Counted from the stretch's first letter, positions 44,175-52,627 are shown. The stretch is 64,000 nt of DNA from an uncultured Chloroflexia bacterium (GCA_964592645.1 CAZQFV010000016.1:2282-66281); one strand, 5' to 3'. Notes: a model not told the origin generated them from the letters alone. Numbers and translations: made by a program.

Positions 44175-45398
44175 TTACTTGATCAGCGTCACGCCAAAGG
44201 CCGTGACGCCGACGCGGGGCAGCGGGATGGGAAAGTGGCCGGCCACCCCATAGTCCGTCACCACCATCAGGTCCACCTGGTACCAGCCCGGGTCCTCGAC
44301 GGCGAGCTGGCCGCAGCCATAGGCCCGGTAGGTGAGGTTTTCCAGGGGGCCGACTACTTCCCAGGGCCACGCCGGGGCGGGCGGGACCTCCCAATCGGGG
44401 TGCTGGACGCGCACGCCGAACTTGGGGCCGAGGACAGCGCCGATCCAGTCCTTGCTCTCCTCGGTCAGCTTCATGAAGCCGCTCGTTTCACCCACGGCCG
44501 GCGGGTCCGGGCTACGCGTGACCTCGGTGTGCTCGACGATCGTGCCCTCGTAGCACTGGTTGGGCTGCCCCGGCGGATGCTGGCAGGTGTACCAGTGGTG
44601 GATGTGCTCGACCGGCCAGGTCGTGACGGTGAAGCAGAGCGTCACCCCCATCCCCGCAGGATCCTGCCCGACGATCACGGGGAAGGGCGGGTAGTACCCG
44701 AGCGAAAGGGCGGGCGGCGTGGTATGGTCCTCGTCCCAGGGGTCCGGCAGCGGGACGATGGGTCGCTCCGTGGCCGGCGGCCGGGTCGGGCGGTCGGGTG
44801 GATCGGTGGCCGGCGGCTGCGTAGGCACACCTGGGGTCTCATTGCCGCCTCCGCCCCCACCTCCACCGCCGGCATCGCGGCAGTTGCGGTCGTCCGGCCC
44901 AAAGTTGGAATAGTCGCCGGCCATACTGGTCCAGACCTCGCGCCAGATCTCCACCTGGCAGGGCGGGGCGCCACCACAGTCGCCATCGTTGTAGGAGATG
45001 TAGCGGTTGGTCAGCGTCCAACCGCCCTCCCAGGTGGAGTTGTGGTACCAGGTGCCGGCCGACCACTGCCCGTCGGCGCAGAGCAGCCGGTTCCAGCGGC
45101 CCACCGGGGGATAGGGTGGCGCATCGTCGCCGACGCCGTGCCCGAGGTTGACGCGGTCAGGGATCTTTTCAAAGATGGCCCGCTGGTCGGCGGGAGTCCA
45201 GTCCGTCCCGCAGTCGCCGCTGTTATTGCACCAGGTCGAATGGATGACGTACTGGATGTGCACCCAGCCGGGCGGGGCCGACTCCTCCCGGACGTAGAAC
45301 ACCCAGTAGTCCTCGGCCTGCGCCGGTGGGGTAGCCGCCAGCAGCCCCGGCACGAGAACGAGCAAGATGGCGACGATTCCAATACCGCGTTTCCACAT
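44175..45398 (-). CDS. secreted protein with poly-Gly and Pro/Thr linkers
   Basis: ATG at 45398 follows AAGGAGG. The signal peptide is MWKRGIGIVAILLVLVPGLLAATPPAQA. A GGGGGGGG run is present. Confidence 0.6.
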   Translation of the reverse strand: MWKRGIGIVAILLVLVPGLLAATPPAQAEDYWVFYVREESAPPGWVHIQYVIHSTWCNNSGDCGTDWTPADQRAIFEKIPDRVNLGHGVGDDAPPYPPVGRWNRLLCADGQWSAGTWYHNSTWEGGWTLTNRYISYNDGDCGGAPPCQVEIWREVWTSMAGDYSNFGPDDRNCRDAGGGGGGGGGNETPGVPTQPPATDPPDRPTRPPATERPIVPLPDPWDEDHTTPPALSLGYYPPFPVIVGQDPAGMGVTLCFTVTTWPVEHIHHWYTCQHPPGQPNQCYEGTIVEHTEVTRSPDPPAVGETSGFMKLTEESKDWIGAVLGPKFGVRVQHPDWEVPPAPAWPWEVVGPLENLTYRAYGCGQLAVEDPGWYQVDLMVVTDYGVAGHFPIPLPRVGVTAFGVTLIK

Positions 45399-45419
45399 GG
45401 CTGCCTCCTTGGAGCCTTC

Positions 45420-45926
45420 TCAACGCACCAGGTAGACGACGATCTCTTCGGCGATGCCATTGGCCGGGGCCGGCCGCAGGACGTATCCCAAACCCACCCC
45501 AGCGAGATCGGGGGATGTGATTAGAGGGAGGGCCGGCTGCTGCGGGTCCAGGACGGTGAACCAGCGGCGGTAGCAGGGGTCCTCGGGCGGCTCTTCCTCC
45601 GGAGTCACCCGCACGACCCCGCCGCCCAGGGCTTCGATCCGCTGCATGGCCTGCCACTCGTTGGCCGCGAATAGCTCGGCCAGCTCCTGGGCCTGGCGCA
45701 TCAGGCCGGGGTCCGGATCCAGCGGAGACCGGCCGGCCTGGGCCCGCAGGCAGTTCACGTGGGCCAGGATGGCCTCCTGCTGCGGGGTGAGCTGCGCGGC
45801 GCCGATGCTCAGCACAATCACCACCACGGCTCCCAGGACCAGGACGACGAGTCCGGCAATGGCGATCTGCCGCCAGGTGACGGCTTCGTAGTACCCGCGT
45901 TCGGGCGAGAACCTGCGCAACGGCAT
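45420..45926 (-). CDS. membrane-anchored CAP/SCP-like protein (tentative)
   Basis: ATG at 45926 follows GGAGGAAAGAG. A TM helix is followed by HVNCLRAQAGRSPLDPDPGLMRQAQELAELFA, which is CAP-like. Confidence 0.5.
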   Translation of the reverse strand: MPLRRFSPERGYYEAVTWRQIAIAGLVVLVLGAVVVIVLSIGAAQLTPQQEAILAHVNCLRAQAGRSPLDPDPGLMRQAQELAELFAANEWQAMQRIEALGGGVVRVTPEEEPPEDPCYRRWFTVLDPQQPALPLITSPDLAGVGLGYVLRPAPANGIAEEIVVYLVR

Positions 45927-45940
45927 CTCTTTCCTCCGGC

Positions 45941-46000
45941 CAAACAAAAAGCGATGCCTCCGCGGGCACGGCCGGAGCCGTTTACCCGCGCGGGCATCGC
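45941..46000 (-). terminator. rho-independent terminator-like hairpin + TTTTTGTTTG in the leader of the transfer operon
   Basis: The minus-strand stem is GCGATGCC..CGCGGG / CCCGCG..GGCATCGC (8 + 6 bp with a 2x2 internal loop). The U-tract lies at 45950-45941, only 14 nt before the CAP-gene ATG. Confidence 0.65.
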
Positions 46001-46127
46001 TTATGTCCGTGGCGCCAGTGGCGCCCCTGCTCGTAAAGGACCTATCCGGTCCCGCGATCCGAGCAGTCTATGGGCAAGGCCGAGAACTAGGGCCTTGGAT
46101 CAGCTTGTTTCCCCTTTCTGGCAGTGC

Positions 46128-46156
46128 AGTATAGCATGCCGCATTGCCGTTGTCAA
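46128..46156 (-). promoter_or_regulatory. consensus-like sigma-70 promoter TTGACA-N17-TATACT
   Basis: On the minus strand the -35 lies at 46156-46151 and the -10 at 46133-46128. The spacer is exactly 17 nt. Confidence 0.6.
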
Positions 46157-46173
46157 ATCGCGGTTTGGCGCCG

Positions 46174-46509
46174 TCATAGTACCGGCACCGGCTTCTGGCG
46201 GCGTTCCGCATCCAGAGCCTGCAGCCTGACGACAACCGGCGGCGGGGTTCGCTCCTGCTCCTCTCGCGCCTGCCGGCTATAGGCAAGCCAGTTCTCCAGG
46301 TAGGCCGCGACCTGTTCGCGGTTGCGGAGATAGTAGGTAATGGTGGCATACACCTGTTCCAGGGTCAGCGACGGGTAGCGTGCCGCAATCGCCTCCGGAG
46401 ATTGGCCGCGGTGGATGTAATCATACAGGATCGTTTCGATCCCGATGCGGGTTCCCTTGATCCGGATATCGTTGGCGGCCAGAAAGTCAAAGTAGTTTTC
46501 AAGTTCCAT
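46174..46509 (-). CDS. DUF433-domain protein
   Basis: ATG at 46509. The DUF433 signature is DIRIKGTRIGIETILYDYIHRGQSPEAIAARYPSLTLEQVYATITYY. Confidence 0.7.
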   Translation of the reverse strand: MELENYFDFLAANDIRIKGTRIGIETILYDYIHRGQSPEAIAARYPSLTLEQVYATITYYLRNREQVAAYLENWLAYSRQAREEQERTPPPVVVRLQALDAERRQKPVPVL

Positions 46510-46727
46510 TCGTAGCACCTCTCGACGATTCGCGCCGTCGTATCCTCGCCCTGCTCGTGCCGTATCGCGGTCTCCAGGGCGTTCAATTCCACATCCAGTT
46601 TACCCGAATTGCGCCCTTTGACAAGGTGAGCGGACTGAAAAAGCCCTCCCGACCCCGTGTCCCCAGAGGCCCCCTTATCCCAATCCGCCTTCGCCGACAA
46701 GCGCATCCCTCCTGCGGTCCACTACTT

Positions 46728-46759
46728 TAGGGCATTTGCCCTATAACGCAATTGCCCTA
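46728..46759. promoter_or_regulatory. three TAGGGCA/TGCCCTA half-sites (inverted pair + one further copy): candidate operator
   Basis: TAGGGCAttTGCCCTA lies at 46728-46743, and a third TGCCCTA at 46753-46759. The patch is AT-rich and overlaps the promoter below. Confidence 0.5.
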
Positions 46760-46768
46760 ATCTTGCAA
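46740..46768 (-). promoter_or_regulatory. sigma-70-like promoter TTGCAA-N17-TATAGG
   Basis: On the minus strand the -35 lies at 46768-46763 and the -10 at 46745-46740. Confidence 0.4.
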
Positions 46769-46795
46769 CCGTTCTGCCCGGAGGACTGGTGCCGC

Positions 46796-47845
46796 TCACT
46801 GGTATGTGCCGACAACGACCAGGGTGACGGAAGGGCCGCAGTCGCCGCTGTAGGGGCCGTAGACCCCAATGGCCATCCAGCGGAGTCGCGTATCCTGGGT
46901 CTCCCAGCGCGCATTGCGGTAGATGGTCGCCGGGTCGGTCGACTCGTACGGCACCAGGTTCCCGTTCTCGTCCATCGTGCGGCAGCCCACCGTGTTCTGC
47001 AGGGTCACGTTGTTAATCATATACCCGGCGATTGCCCCGTACGGTTGGAGGATCGCATCGATCTCCTCCTGGGACAGCGCGCGGTCCGTCTCGTAGAAAC
47101 GGCGGGCCAGCAGGTCGGCCGGCGGCTGCAGCCCCTCGGCGTACTGCACCGCGGCCACACCGTTCTGGGCGCGGAAGTGGTTGATCGTTTCCACCGCGCG
47201 GCGCGCCAGTTGGTAGAGGTCGGCCGGCGACCAGGTCCGCACCGTCGGGGCGGGGGCTGGCGTTGGCGCGTTAGGGTCGCGCGTCGGCGGGACCGGCGTG
47301 GGGGTAACGGCCCGTTCGTAGGCGGCGAGCTTCCAGACGTCGTCCCGGCGGACCAGGGCAAAGTACCCGGTGTCCTGCCAGGCGGAACGGCCAAAGTGGG
47401 GGTCGCAGACATAGTACCCCAGGGAATCCCACACCCGCGCCGTGGCCTCGGCCTGGGAGATCTCGACGACCCGCGGCTCGGTATGGAACGGCGCTTCGCG
47501 GCAGTTGCGGCCGTACATTGCTGCCAGGGCCGGGTCATCGGTCATCGCCTGGACATCGCCGCCGGCCGTGCTCCACGAGGCGATCCAGGTGCGGTAGCCG
47601 GCCAGGACCTCGTCCGCGGTGATAAGCACAACCGTCGGTGTGGCAGTAGTCGAGGGCCGTGGTGTCCGGGTTGGCGCGGAGGTCGGGGCCATAGTCGCAG
47701 TGGGGGTGGCCGTGGGTACGGACGAAGGGGATGGAGTTGGCGGTGGCCCGGCTGTAGGAGAGGACCCGGTTGGGACCGGCGCACCGCACAGGCTCATCGA
47801 GGCCAGGAGAACTGCTGCCAGGAACAATGCTGTCGGTTTGCTCAT
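46796..47845 (-). CDS. lipoprotein with a Pro/Thr-rich linker and a CAP/SCP-like C-terminal region (tentative)
   Basis: ATG at 47845 lies 6 nt after AAGAGG. A lipobox-like LASMSLCG is present. Confidence 0.6.
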   Translation of the reverse strand: MSKPTALFLAAVLLASMSLCGAPVPTGSSPTAGPPPTPSPSSVPTATPTATMAPTSAPTRTPRPSTTATPTVVLITADEVLAGYRTWIASWSTAGGDVQAMTDDPALAAMYGRNCREAPFHTEPRVVEISQAEATARVWDSLGYYVCDPHFGRSAWQDTGYFALVRRDDVWKLAAYERAVTPTPVPPTRDPNAPTPAPAPTVRTWSPADLYQLARRAVETINHFRAQNGVAAVQYAEGLQPPADLLARRFYETDRALSQEEIDAILQPYGAIAGYMINNVTLQNTVGCRTMDENGNLVPYESTDPATIYRNARWETQDTRLRWMAIGVYGPYSGDCGPSVTLVVVGTYQ

Positions 47846-47925
47846 CTTCACCCTCTTACAAACGACAATCGGCCCTGCCCTGAGCCAGTTGTAGCTGGAT
47901 CAGGGGCCAGAGGCCGACTGGGACA

Positions 47926-47954
47926 AATGTACAGCACTGGCTCCTGCTTGTCAA
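47926..47954 (-). promoter_or_regulatory. sigma-70-like promoter TTGACA-N17-TACATT
   Basis: On the minus strand the -35 lies at 47954-47949 and the -10 at 47931-47926. It shares the extended upstream sequence CGCGATTTGACAA with the 46128-46156 promoter. Confidence 0.5.
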
Positions 47955-47961
47955 ATCGCGC

Positions 47962-49869
47962 TCACCTCTGCCGCCACACCTCGAACCAGCGCTCGGCCAC
48001 CTCGACCCCCACCACCTCCAGAACGTCATCTGTCCACTCGTTCATCCAACGGCGATGCTCATAGCCGGCCTCGAGGATGCTCTGCTCAATGGGGTCCAGG
48101 ATCGGCAGGGCTTGCCCTGTCCACCGCCACCTTTTGGGCGGCTCGTCGCCGGTCCGGATTCGTTTCACGAGGATGGCTCGGCGCTGCGCGGGAGACAGCT
48201 TCTCCTGGTCGTCCAGGTACAGCATCCAGGCGCGCACGCGGGCCAGCGGGGTGCCGGCCGACAGTCGCCCCAGGGCCGGCTCGGCGATGCCATAGTCCTC
48301 CAGCCAGTCCCGCACCAGCTCCGCCTCCGACGCCCGGCCGGCCCAGGAGCCCCCGGATGGGGTGGTCTCCGAGGGCGCCTCCTTCACAGCTCCCAGTCCA
48401 CACTCATGACACGGGACAAACAGGTCGGATTCTGGGGGACCGTCCTGGTCAACGACGTACCGAAGCCCACCACAGACGGCACAGTCCGTCTCGGGTAGGA
48501 CCTCGTCATCCAGCGCGTCGGGCGGCCTTGGCACTTCCGACTCCGCGCCCGGGCCCGCACTGGGTTCCTCCTCCGGCCCGCCCCGGGCCCGTGCCGCCCG
48601 GACTACCCCCTCCCGCAAAAAGGCCACTGACACGAACGGCCGGCCGGCCGCCGCTGCTTGCTCCAGCATCGCCTGCACCGGCCCCACCCCGGCCTCCCGG
48701 CACAGCGTCAGGACACGCTCCAGCAGCAGCGGCCCCGGAGAAAAGCGGTTCAGGCAGACGAACAACCGCACTGCCTCGCGAAAACTGCCACCCGGCAGGG
48801 CCGCCCCCGCGCGCAGGACGCGCCGCAGCGTCTTGCGGTGCTCCGACGCCCCACGGACCTGCGGCCAGGCAAACGCCAGCCGCCGGCAGGGCGTTTCCCC
48901 CGATCTATCTAGGGCCCGGTCTATGGCCTGCGCCAGATCGACCGGCTCCTGGTCCCGCAGGCACCAGGCCAGGACCAAGAGTTCCTCGACCAGCTCGGCC
49001 GGCGCCTGGGCGACGGCGGCCGGGGAGACCTCGGGGGAGAGCAGGCCACGGGCGACCTCGTACCGCGCACGGGATGGAGGTTGGGCCTGGTCCGCCGGGG
49101 TTGGCCACCGTTCGGCGACACGGGATTCGAAATGGTCGAGGACAGTCAGCATGCCGGAGACAAGGTTGGGTTGAGCCTGTTCTGAATCTGTAGGGGAATC
49201 AACAACAAAAACCGCCGCGCCCGGTTGTTGTTTTCCTTCCCCTACTTTCCCTTTACCCCTTTCCATGGACGCGAACTGGGGTTCGCTACTGTCGCGAACT
49301 GTAGTTCGCATGCCCCCGAAACTTTCTTCAGGGGCACGTGAACTGGGGTTCGCATGCCCCTGAAGCTTCTTTCGCCCTGGCCGCACGCCCTCCCGGTAGA
49401 GCGTCCGCAGGTAGGCCAGCAGAGGATAGAAGTCGTACTGGTTCTCCTCCTTCTGTCCCCAGGAGGTGTGCCCGGGCAGGATCAGCAGGTAGCCATAGGG
49501 CGGGCCGGCCGCTTCCCGGTACGTCTGCGTGCAGTAAGCCGTGACTTCCTCCTGGACAAGGCCATTGACTTTGCTCACCCACGCCGGCGCGCCTGCCCCG
49601 GCCCGCGCCAACAGGTCGCATTCGCGCAGGGTATGGAGGACCTTTTGCAGCCCCCGCCGGGTCATGCCCATCCGCCCGGCGACGGCCGCCACGGTCGGGG
49701 GCTCTGCCCCAGACCACCATTCCATCCAGATCTGGACGATGGCGTTGACCTCGGCCGGCGCCAGGTACAGCAGGTCCTGGTAGGCGAGCAGGAGGTTGGG
49801 CACCGGGCAGAAGCCGGCCTCCAAGAGGTCTTCGCCAAAGCGCCCAACGATCTCCTCGCCGTGCGGCAT
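47962..49869 (-). CDS. putative replication organiser/initiator-like protein (N-terminal wHTH, internal Cys4 zinc ribbon)
   Basis: ATG at 49869 lies 3 nt after the upstream stop. The wHTH is VAAVAGRMGMTRRGLQKVLHTLRECDLL. The zinc ribbon is CAVCGG...CHECG. The track's 1046-aa version was trimmed. Confidence 0.5.
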   Translation of the reverse strand: MPHGEEIVGRFGEDLLEAGFCPVPNLLLAYQDLLYLAPAEVNAIVQIWMEWWSGAEPPTVAAVAGRMGMTRRGLQKVLHTLRECDLLARAGAGAPAWVSKVNGLVQEEVTAYCTQTYREAAGPPYGYLLILPGHTSWGQKEENQYDFYPLLAYLRTLYREGVRPGRKKLQGHANPSSRAPEESFGGMRTTVRDSSEPQFASMERGKGKVGEGKQQPGAAVFVVDSPTDSEQAQPNLVSGMLTVLDHFESRVAERWPTPADQAQPPSRARYEVARGLLSPEVSPAAVAQAPAELVEELLVLAWCLRDQEPVDLAQAIDRALDRSGETPCRRLAFAWPQVRGASEHRKTLRRVLRAGAALPGGSFREAVRLFVCLNRFSPGPLLLERVLTLCREAGVGPVQAMLEQAAAAGRPFVSVAFLREGVVRAARARGGPEEEPSAGPGAESEVPRPPDALDDEVLPETDCAVCGGLRYVVDQDGPPESDLFVPCHECGLGAVKEAPSETTPSGGSWAGRASEAELVRDWLEDYGIAEPALGRLSAGTPLARVRAWMLYLDDQEKLSPAQRRAILVKRIRTGDEPPKRWRWTGQALPILDPIEQSILEAGYEHRRWMNEWTDDVLEVVGVEVAERWFEVWRQR

Positions 49870-49871
49870 CG

Positions 49872-50174
49872 TCACCGCTCTCCGCAGGCTACCAGGAACT
49901 CGCCCAGGTCGTAGATGTTGGCCTCCTGCCGCTTGCCCACCTCGAGCACGGGGGTGATAGTGAGGAACCCTTTGCCCAGCAGGCTCGCGGCGAGTCCCTG
50001 CAGCCGGCGCTGGGTAATGCCCATCCGTCGCGCCAGCACCGCGCCCGGAACCTGGACTACGATACCGCCCATCTCCACCAGGTGCAGCAGGAGCAGCGCT
50101 TCTTGTGGCTGCACGCCCAGCGCCGCGTAGCGCCGCAGGATCAGCCGGATCAGCCGGTCGTTCGTCTCGGCCAT
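49872..50174 (-). CDS. small wHTH protein (DnaD/replisome-organiser-like N-domain, tentative)
   Basis: ATG at 50174 lies 5 nt after GGAGG. The wHTH is VLARRMGITQRRLQGLAASLLGKGFL. Confidence 0.5.
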   Translation of the reverse strand: MAETNDRLIRLILRRYAALGVQPQEALLLLHLVEMGGIVVQVPGAVLARRMGITQRRLQGLAASLLGKGFLTITPVLEVGKRQEANIYDLGEFLVACGER

Positions 50175-50201
50175 CGCCACCTCCGTCGGCCGCGGTCCGG
50201 G

Positions 50202-50951
50202 CTATTCCACCGCCGGTATTTCGGCCGGCGTGACCTGCTGCAGCAGCCGCTCCAGGATGGACCGCCCGCGGGCGCGCTCCTCCTGCTTCAGCGCTTCTTC
50301 CAGCACCGCCTGGCGCAGACCGTTGTCGTCCGGCAGCGCGGCGACCTCGGCCTCCAGTTCCGTGAGCGGCGTGTTGTGCAGCTTCTTGACCCAGGCGCTG
50401 AGCTGCGCATCGTCTCGACCCTCCGCCATCAGTTGGCTCAGCTGCGCCCCGCGCAGGGCAGCCTCTTTCTCCTGAGCCTCCTGGGCCATCCGCTGGAGGA
50501 TGTTGGGCACCTGATTGCGGGGCACGTCCTCCGGCTCCCGCCCCTCGAGGTACTCGCGCAGGCCGTCGGCATCCAGTCCCAGCCGGCCGGCCTGCCGGCG
50601 CAGTTCCTCCACCTGGGCCGGCGTTGGCCGCAGCCGCACCCGGCCGCGCTCGGCGGCGTCCTCGGCCTGGACCAGGGAGACGCGCCACACGTCCACCCCG
50701 AGTTGCCGCACCAGGTTGCCCGCGCCGGGTGTGCGCCAGTGGATGTTGGCCAGCCGGCCCTCCATCTCCACCTCGACGCCCTCGACCAGGCCCTCCGGCA
50801 GCGATTCCACCTTCAGCCGGCCGTAGACTACCGCCCGGATCACGTCGCGGACCTCCCGGTTGTACACCTCCAGGCTCACCTGTTGCACGCGCCGGCCTTC
50901 GCCCCCGCTCTGCCGTGACACCACTCTGCCTGACACCGTCACCTTGTTCAT
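50202..50951 (-). CDS. SSB-like OB-fold protein with a coiled-coil C-terminal half
   Basis: ATG at 50951 follows AAGGAGGA. MNKVTVSGRVV...IRAVVYGRL...VEVEMEGRLANIHW is an SSB-like pattern. Confidence 0.55.
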   Translation of the reverse strand: MNKVTVSGRVVSRQSGGEGRRVQQVSLEVYNREVRDVIRAVVYGRLKVESLPEGLVEGVEVEMEGRLANIHWRTPGAGNLVRQLGVDVWRVSLVQAEDAAERGRVRLRPTPAQVEELRRQAGRLGLDADGLREYLEGREPEDVPRNQVPNILQRMAQEAQEKEAALRGAQLSQLMAEGRDDAQLSAWVKKLHNTPLTELEAEVAALPDDNGLRQAVLEEALKQEERARGRSILERLLQQVTPAEIPAVE

Positions 50952-51265
50952 CGTTCCTCCTTGTGCTCTCTGGTTGTGTCTTTCTGCCAACCCGGCGCGG
51001 CACGTCGCCTGGCCGGGAGATTGCCAACCTGTGCCTGTCGCCGCCCGGCGGGGGAGGGTGGCAGGTGGTTCTTTTCATCTTCACCCGCCGCCAGTGCCCC
51101 ACCGGGACGGCACCCGATCACAAAAGAGACCGGACCGACTGTGCGGCAACACCCGGGTGTACCCGTCAGAAACGAGCATCTTTTTGCCACTATCAGGCAT
51201 TTCCGTCGTCGCTCCGGGCGCCTTTGGGTGTAGTCCGGGTGCCCATGCGGTGAACCCGCGCGCGC

Positions 51266-52615
51266 CTATGGGAGGTCCTTCTGCTCCCAATCCGGGCCAG
51301 GGTTCGCCACGTTGGTCGTGTACAGTGTGACCTTCCGGCCGGTCACCTGCTGCCACACCGCGATCTCGGCAATCATGCGGTCCTGCCGCTCCGGCGTCGG
51401 TAGGACCAGGTAGAGCCGGCCGGCATTGACCTCGTGAAAGATCTGCCACTTGCCGATCCGCTCGTCGTTGCGGGCATACACCGCCGCTTCGGACGGGACA
51501 GGGTGCACCTCCAGCTCCACGTAGAGCAGGTCCCCCTCGTCCGTCGTCGCCAGCAGGTCGGGCCGACACTGCCGGCGGGCCGCGGTGTGAAACGGGGCCG
51601 GCCACAGATCGGTGGTGTAGTCCCAGGCGCTGAGGATATCCCGCGCCCGCAGCGCCAGCAGCGCTTGCTGCAGTGACACGTGCCGGGAGAGCAGTTCCGG
51701 CAGCCCCAGCCGGGGCGTCTCCCCCAGGGCCTGGGCCAGTTCGCGGCCGCGGGCGGTCAGGTTGAGCAGGAGGGTCGGATTGCCCTGGGTCAGGCGCGCC
51801 TCATGCTCCTCGACCAGGCTGCCCTTGACCTCGACGAAGAGTCTCTGGGCCCGGCCGCCCCAGGACTGGCCCATTAGCTGGATCAACTGCTTGCGCCGGC
51901 ACTCGTCCCCCTGGGCCAGCACCCGGACCAGGCCGTCCACCATCTCTCGCGGCGAGTTCACCCAGTACCGCCCGAAACGGCGCTCGATTTCCTCCGGCGA
52001 CAGGCGCGGCCGGGGTGTCGGGGGCGGGTCCGGCGCGGCCGGCTCCGCTGGGGCAGAGTGGGCCAGGGATCGCACGACTGCCCGGGCGTCTTTTCCCTCT
52101 GCTGATGCTGCTGCTGCCGCCGGCGGTGTTTCCCGTGGGTGTACCTGGGCCGCCAAGCCCTGTGCCCGTTCCGCCGCTTCCTGCACCTGGCGCAAGGCTG
52201 CCGCGTGGGCCTGTTCGAGCCGGTCCTTTTCCTGGGCCAGCCGGCGGTTCTCTTCCTGCAACCGCTCCACTTCTTTGGCGGTACCCGTCGCCGCCGCTGC
52301 CTGGAGGCGGCGTACCGTCTTCAAGTGCTGGGTCATGAACCAGGAGGCCCACTCGTCCACCCCCCATTGGCCATCGACTTCGCGGCCCTGCTCGCGCCGC
52401 AGTTCGGTCAAGGCGGCCGGCTCAAAGGTCTCGCACGCGCCGACGATGTACTTGCGCAGCCGCGCTTCCAGGGCCCGGGCCTCCTCCAGCAGCTTGTGCG
52501 CTGCGGCGATCTCGCCGGCCCGGTAGTTATCCAGTGTCTGCAGGACCTGGTTCTCCGTGCGCAGCCGGCCCACTTCCTGGAGTAGTGCCTGTTCCTGCAG
52601 CGTCAGCGCGGGCAT
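51266..52615 (-). CDS. coiled-coil protein with a C-terminal wHTH + PD-(D/E)xK-like region (tentative)
   Basis: ATG at 52615. The N-half has long heptad-like stretches. The C-terminus PDLLATTDEGDLLYVELEV is nuclease-like. Confidence 0.5.
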   Translation of the reverse strand: MPALTLQEQALLQEVGRLRTENQVLQTLDNYRAGEIAAAHKLLEEARALEARLRKYIVGACETFEPAALTELRREQGREVDGQWGVDEWASWFMTQHLKTVRRLQAAAATGTAKEVERLQEENRRLAQEKDRLEQAHAAALRQVQEAAERAQGLAAQVHPRETPPAAAAASAEGKDARAVVRSLAHSAPAEPAAPDPPPTPRPRLSPEEIERRFGRYWVNSPREMVDGLVRVLAQGDECRRKQLIQLMGQSWGGRAQRLFVEVKGSLVEEHEARLTQGNPTLLLNLTARGRELAQALGETPRLGLPELLSRHVSLQQALLALRARDILSAWDYTTDLWPAPFHTAARRQCRPDLLATTDEGDLLYVELEVHPVPSEAAVYARNDERIGKWQIFHEVNAGRLYLVLPTPERQDRMIAEIAVWQQVTGRKVTLYTTNVANPGPDWEQKDLP

Positions 52616-52627
52616 CGGGCCGTCCTT

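Noticed and set aside
46365-46706. 113-aa minus-strand ORF upstream of and overlapping the DUF433 gene
   Set aside because: The AGGAGG lies only 1 nt from its ATG. The frame runs ~145 nt into the well-supported DUF433 CDS. It is possibly a decayed or frameshifted small gene (a TTG two codons in is better spaced). I could not support a clean CDS.
49870-51102. N-terminal 410-aa extension of the track ORF 47962-51102
   Set aside because: The extension is Arg/Gly/Pro-rich. It overlaps two well-supported genes in other frames (49872-50174 and 50202-50951). An internal ATG at 49869 lies 3 nt after the upstream stop.
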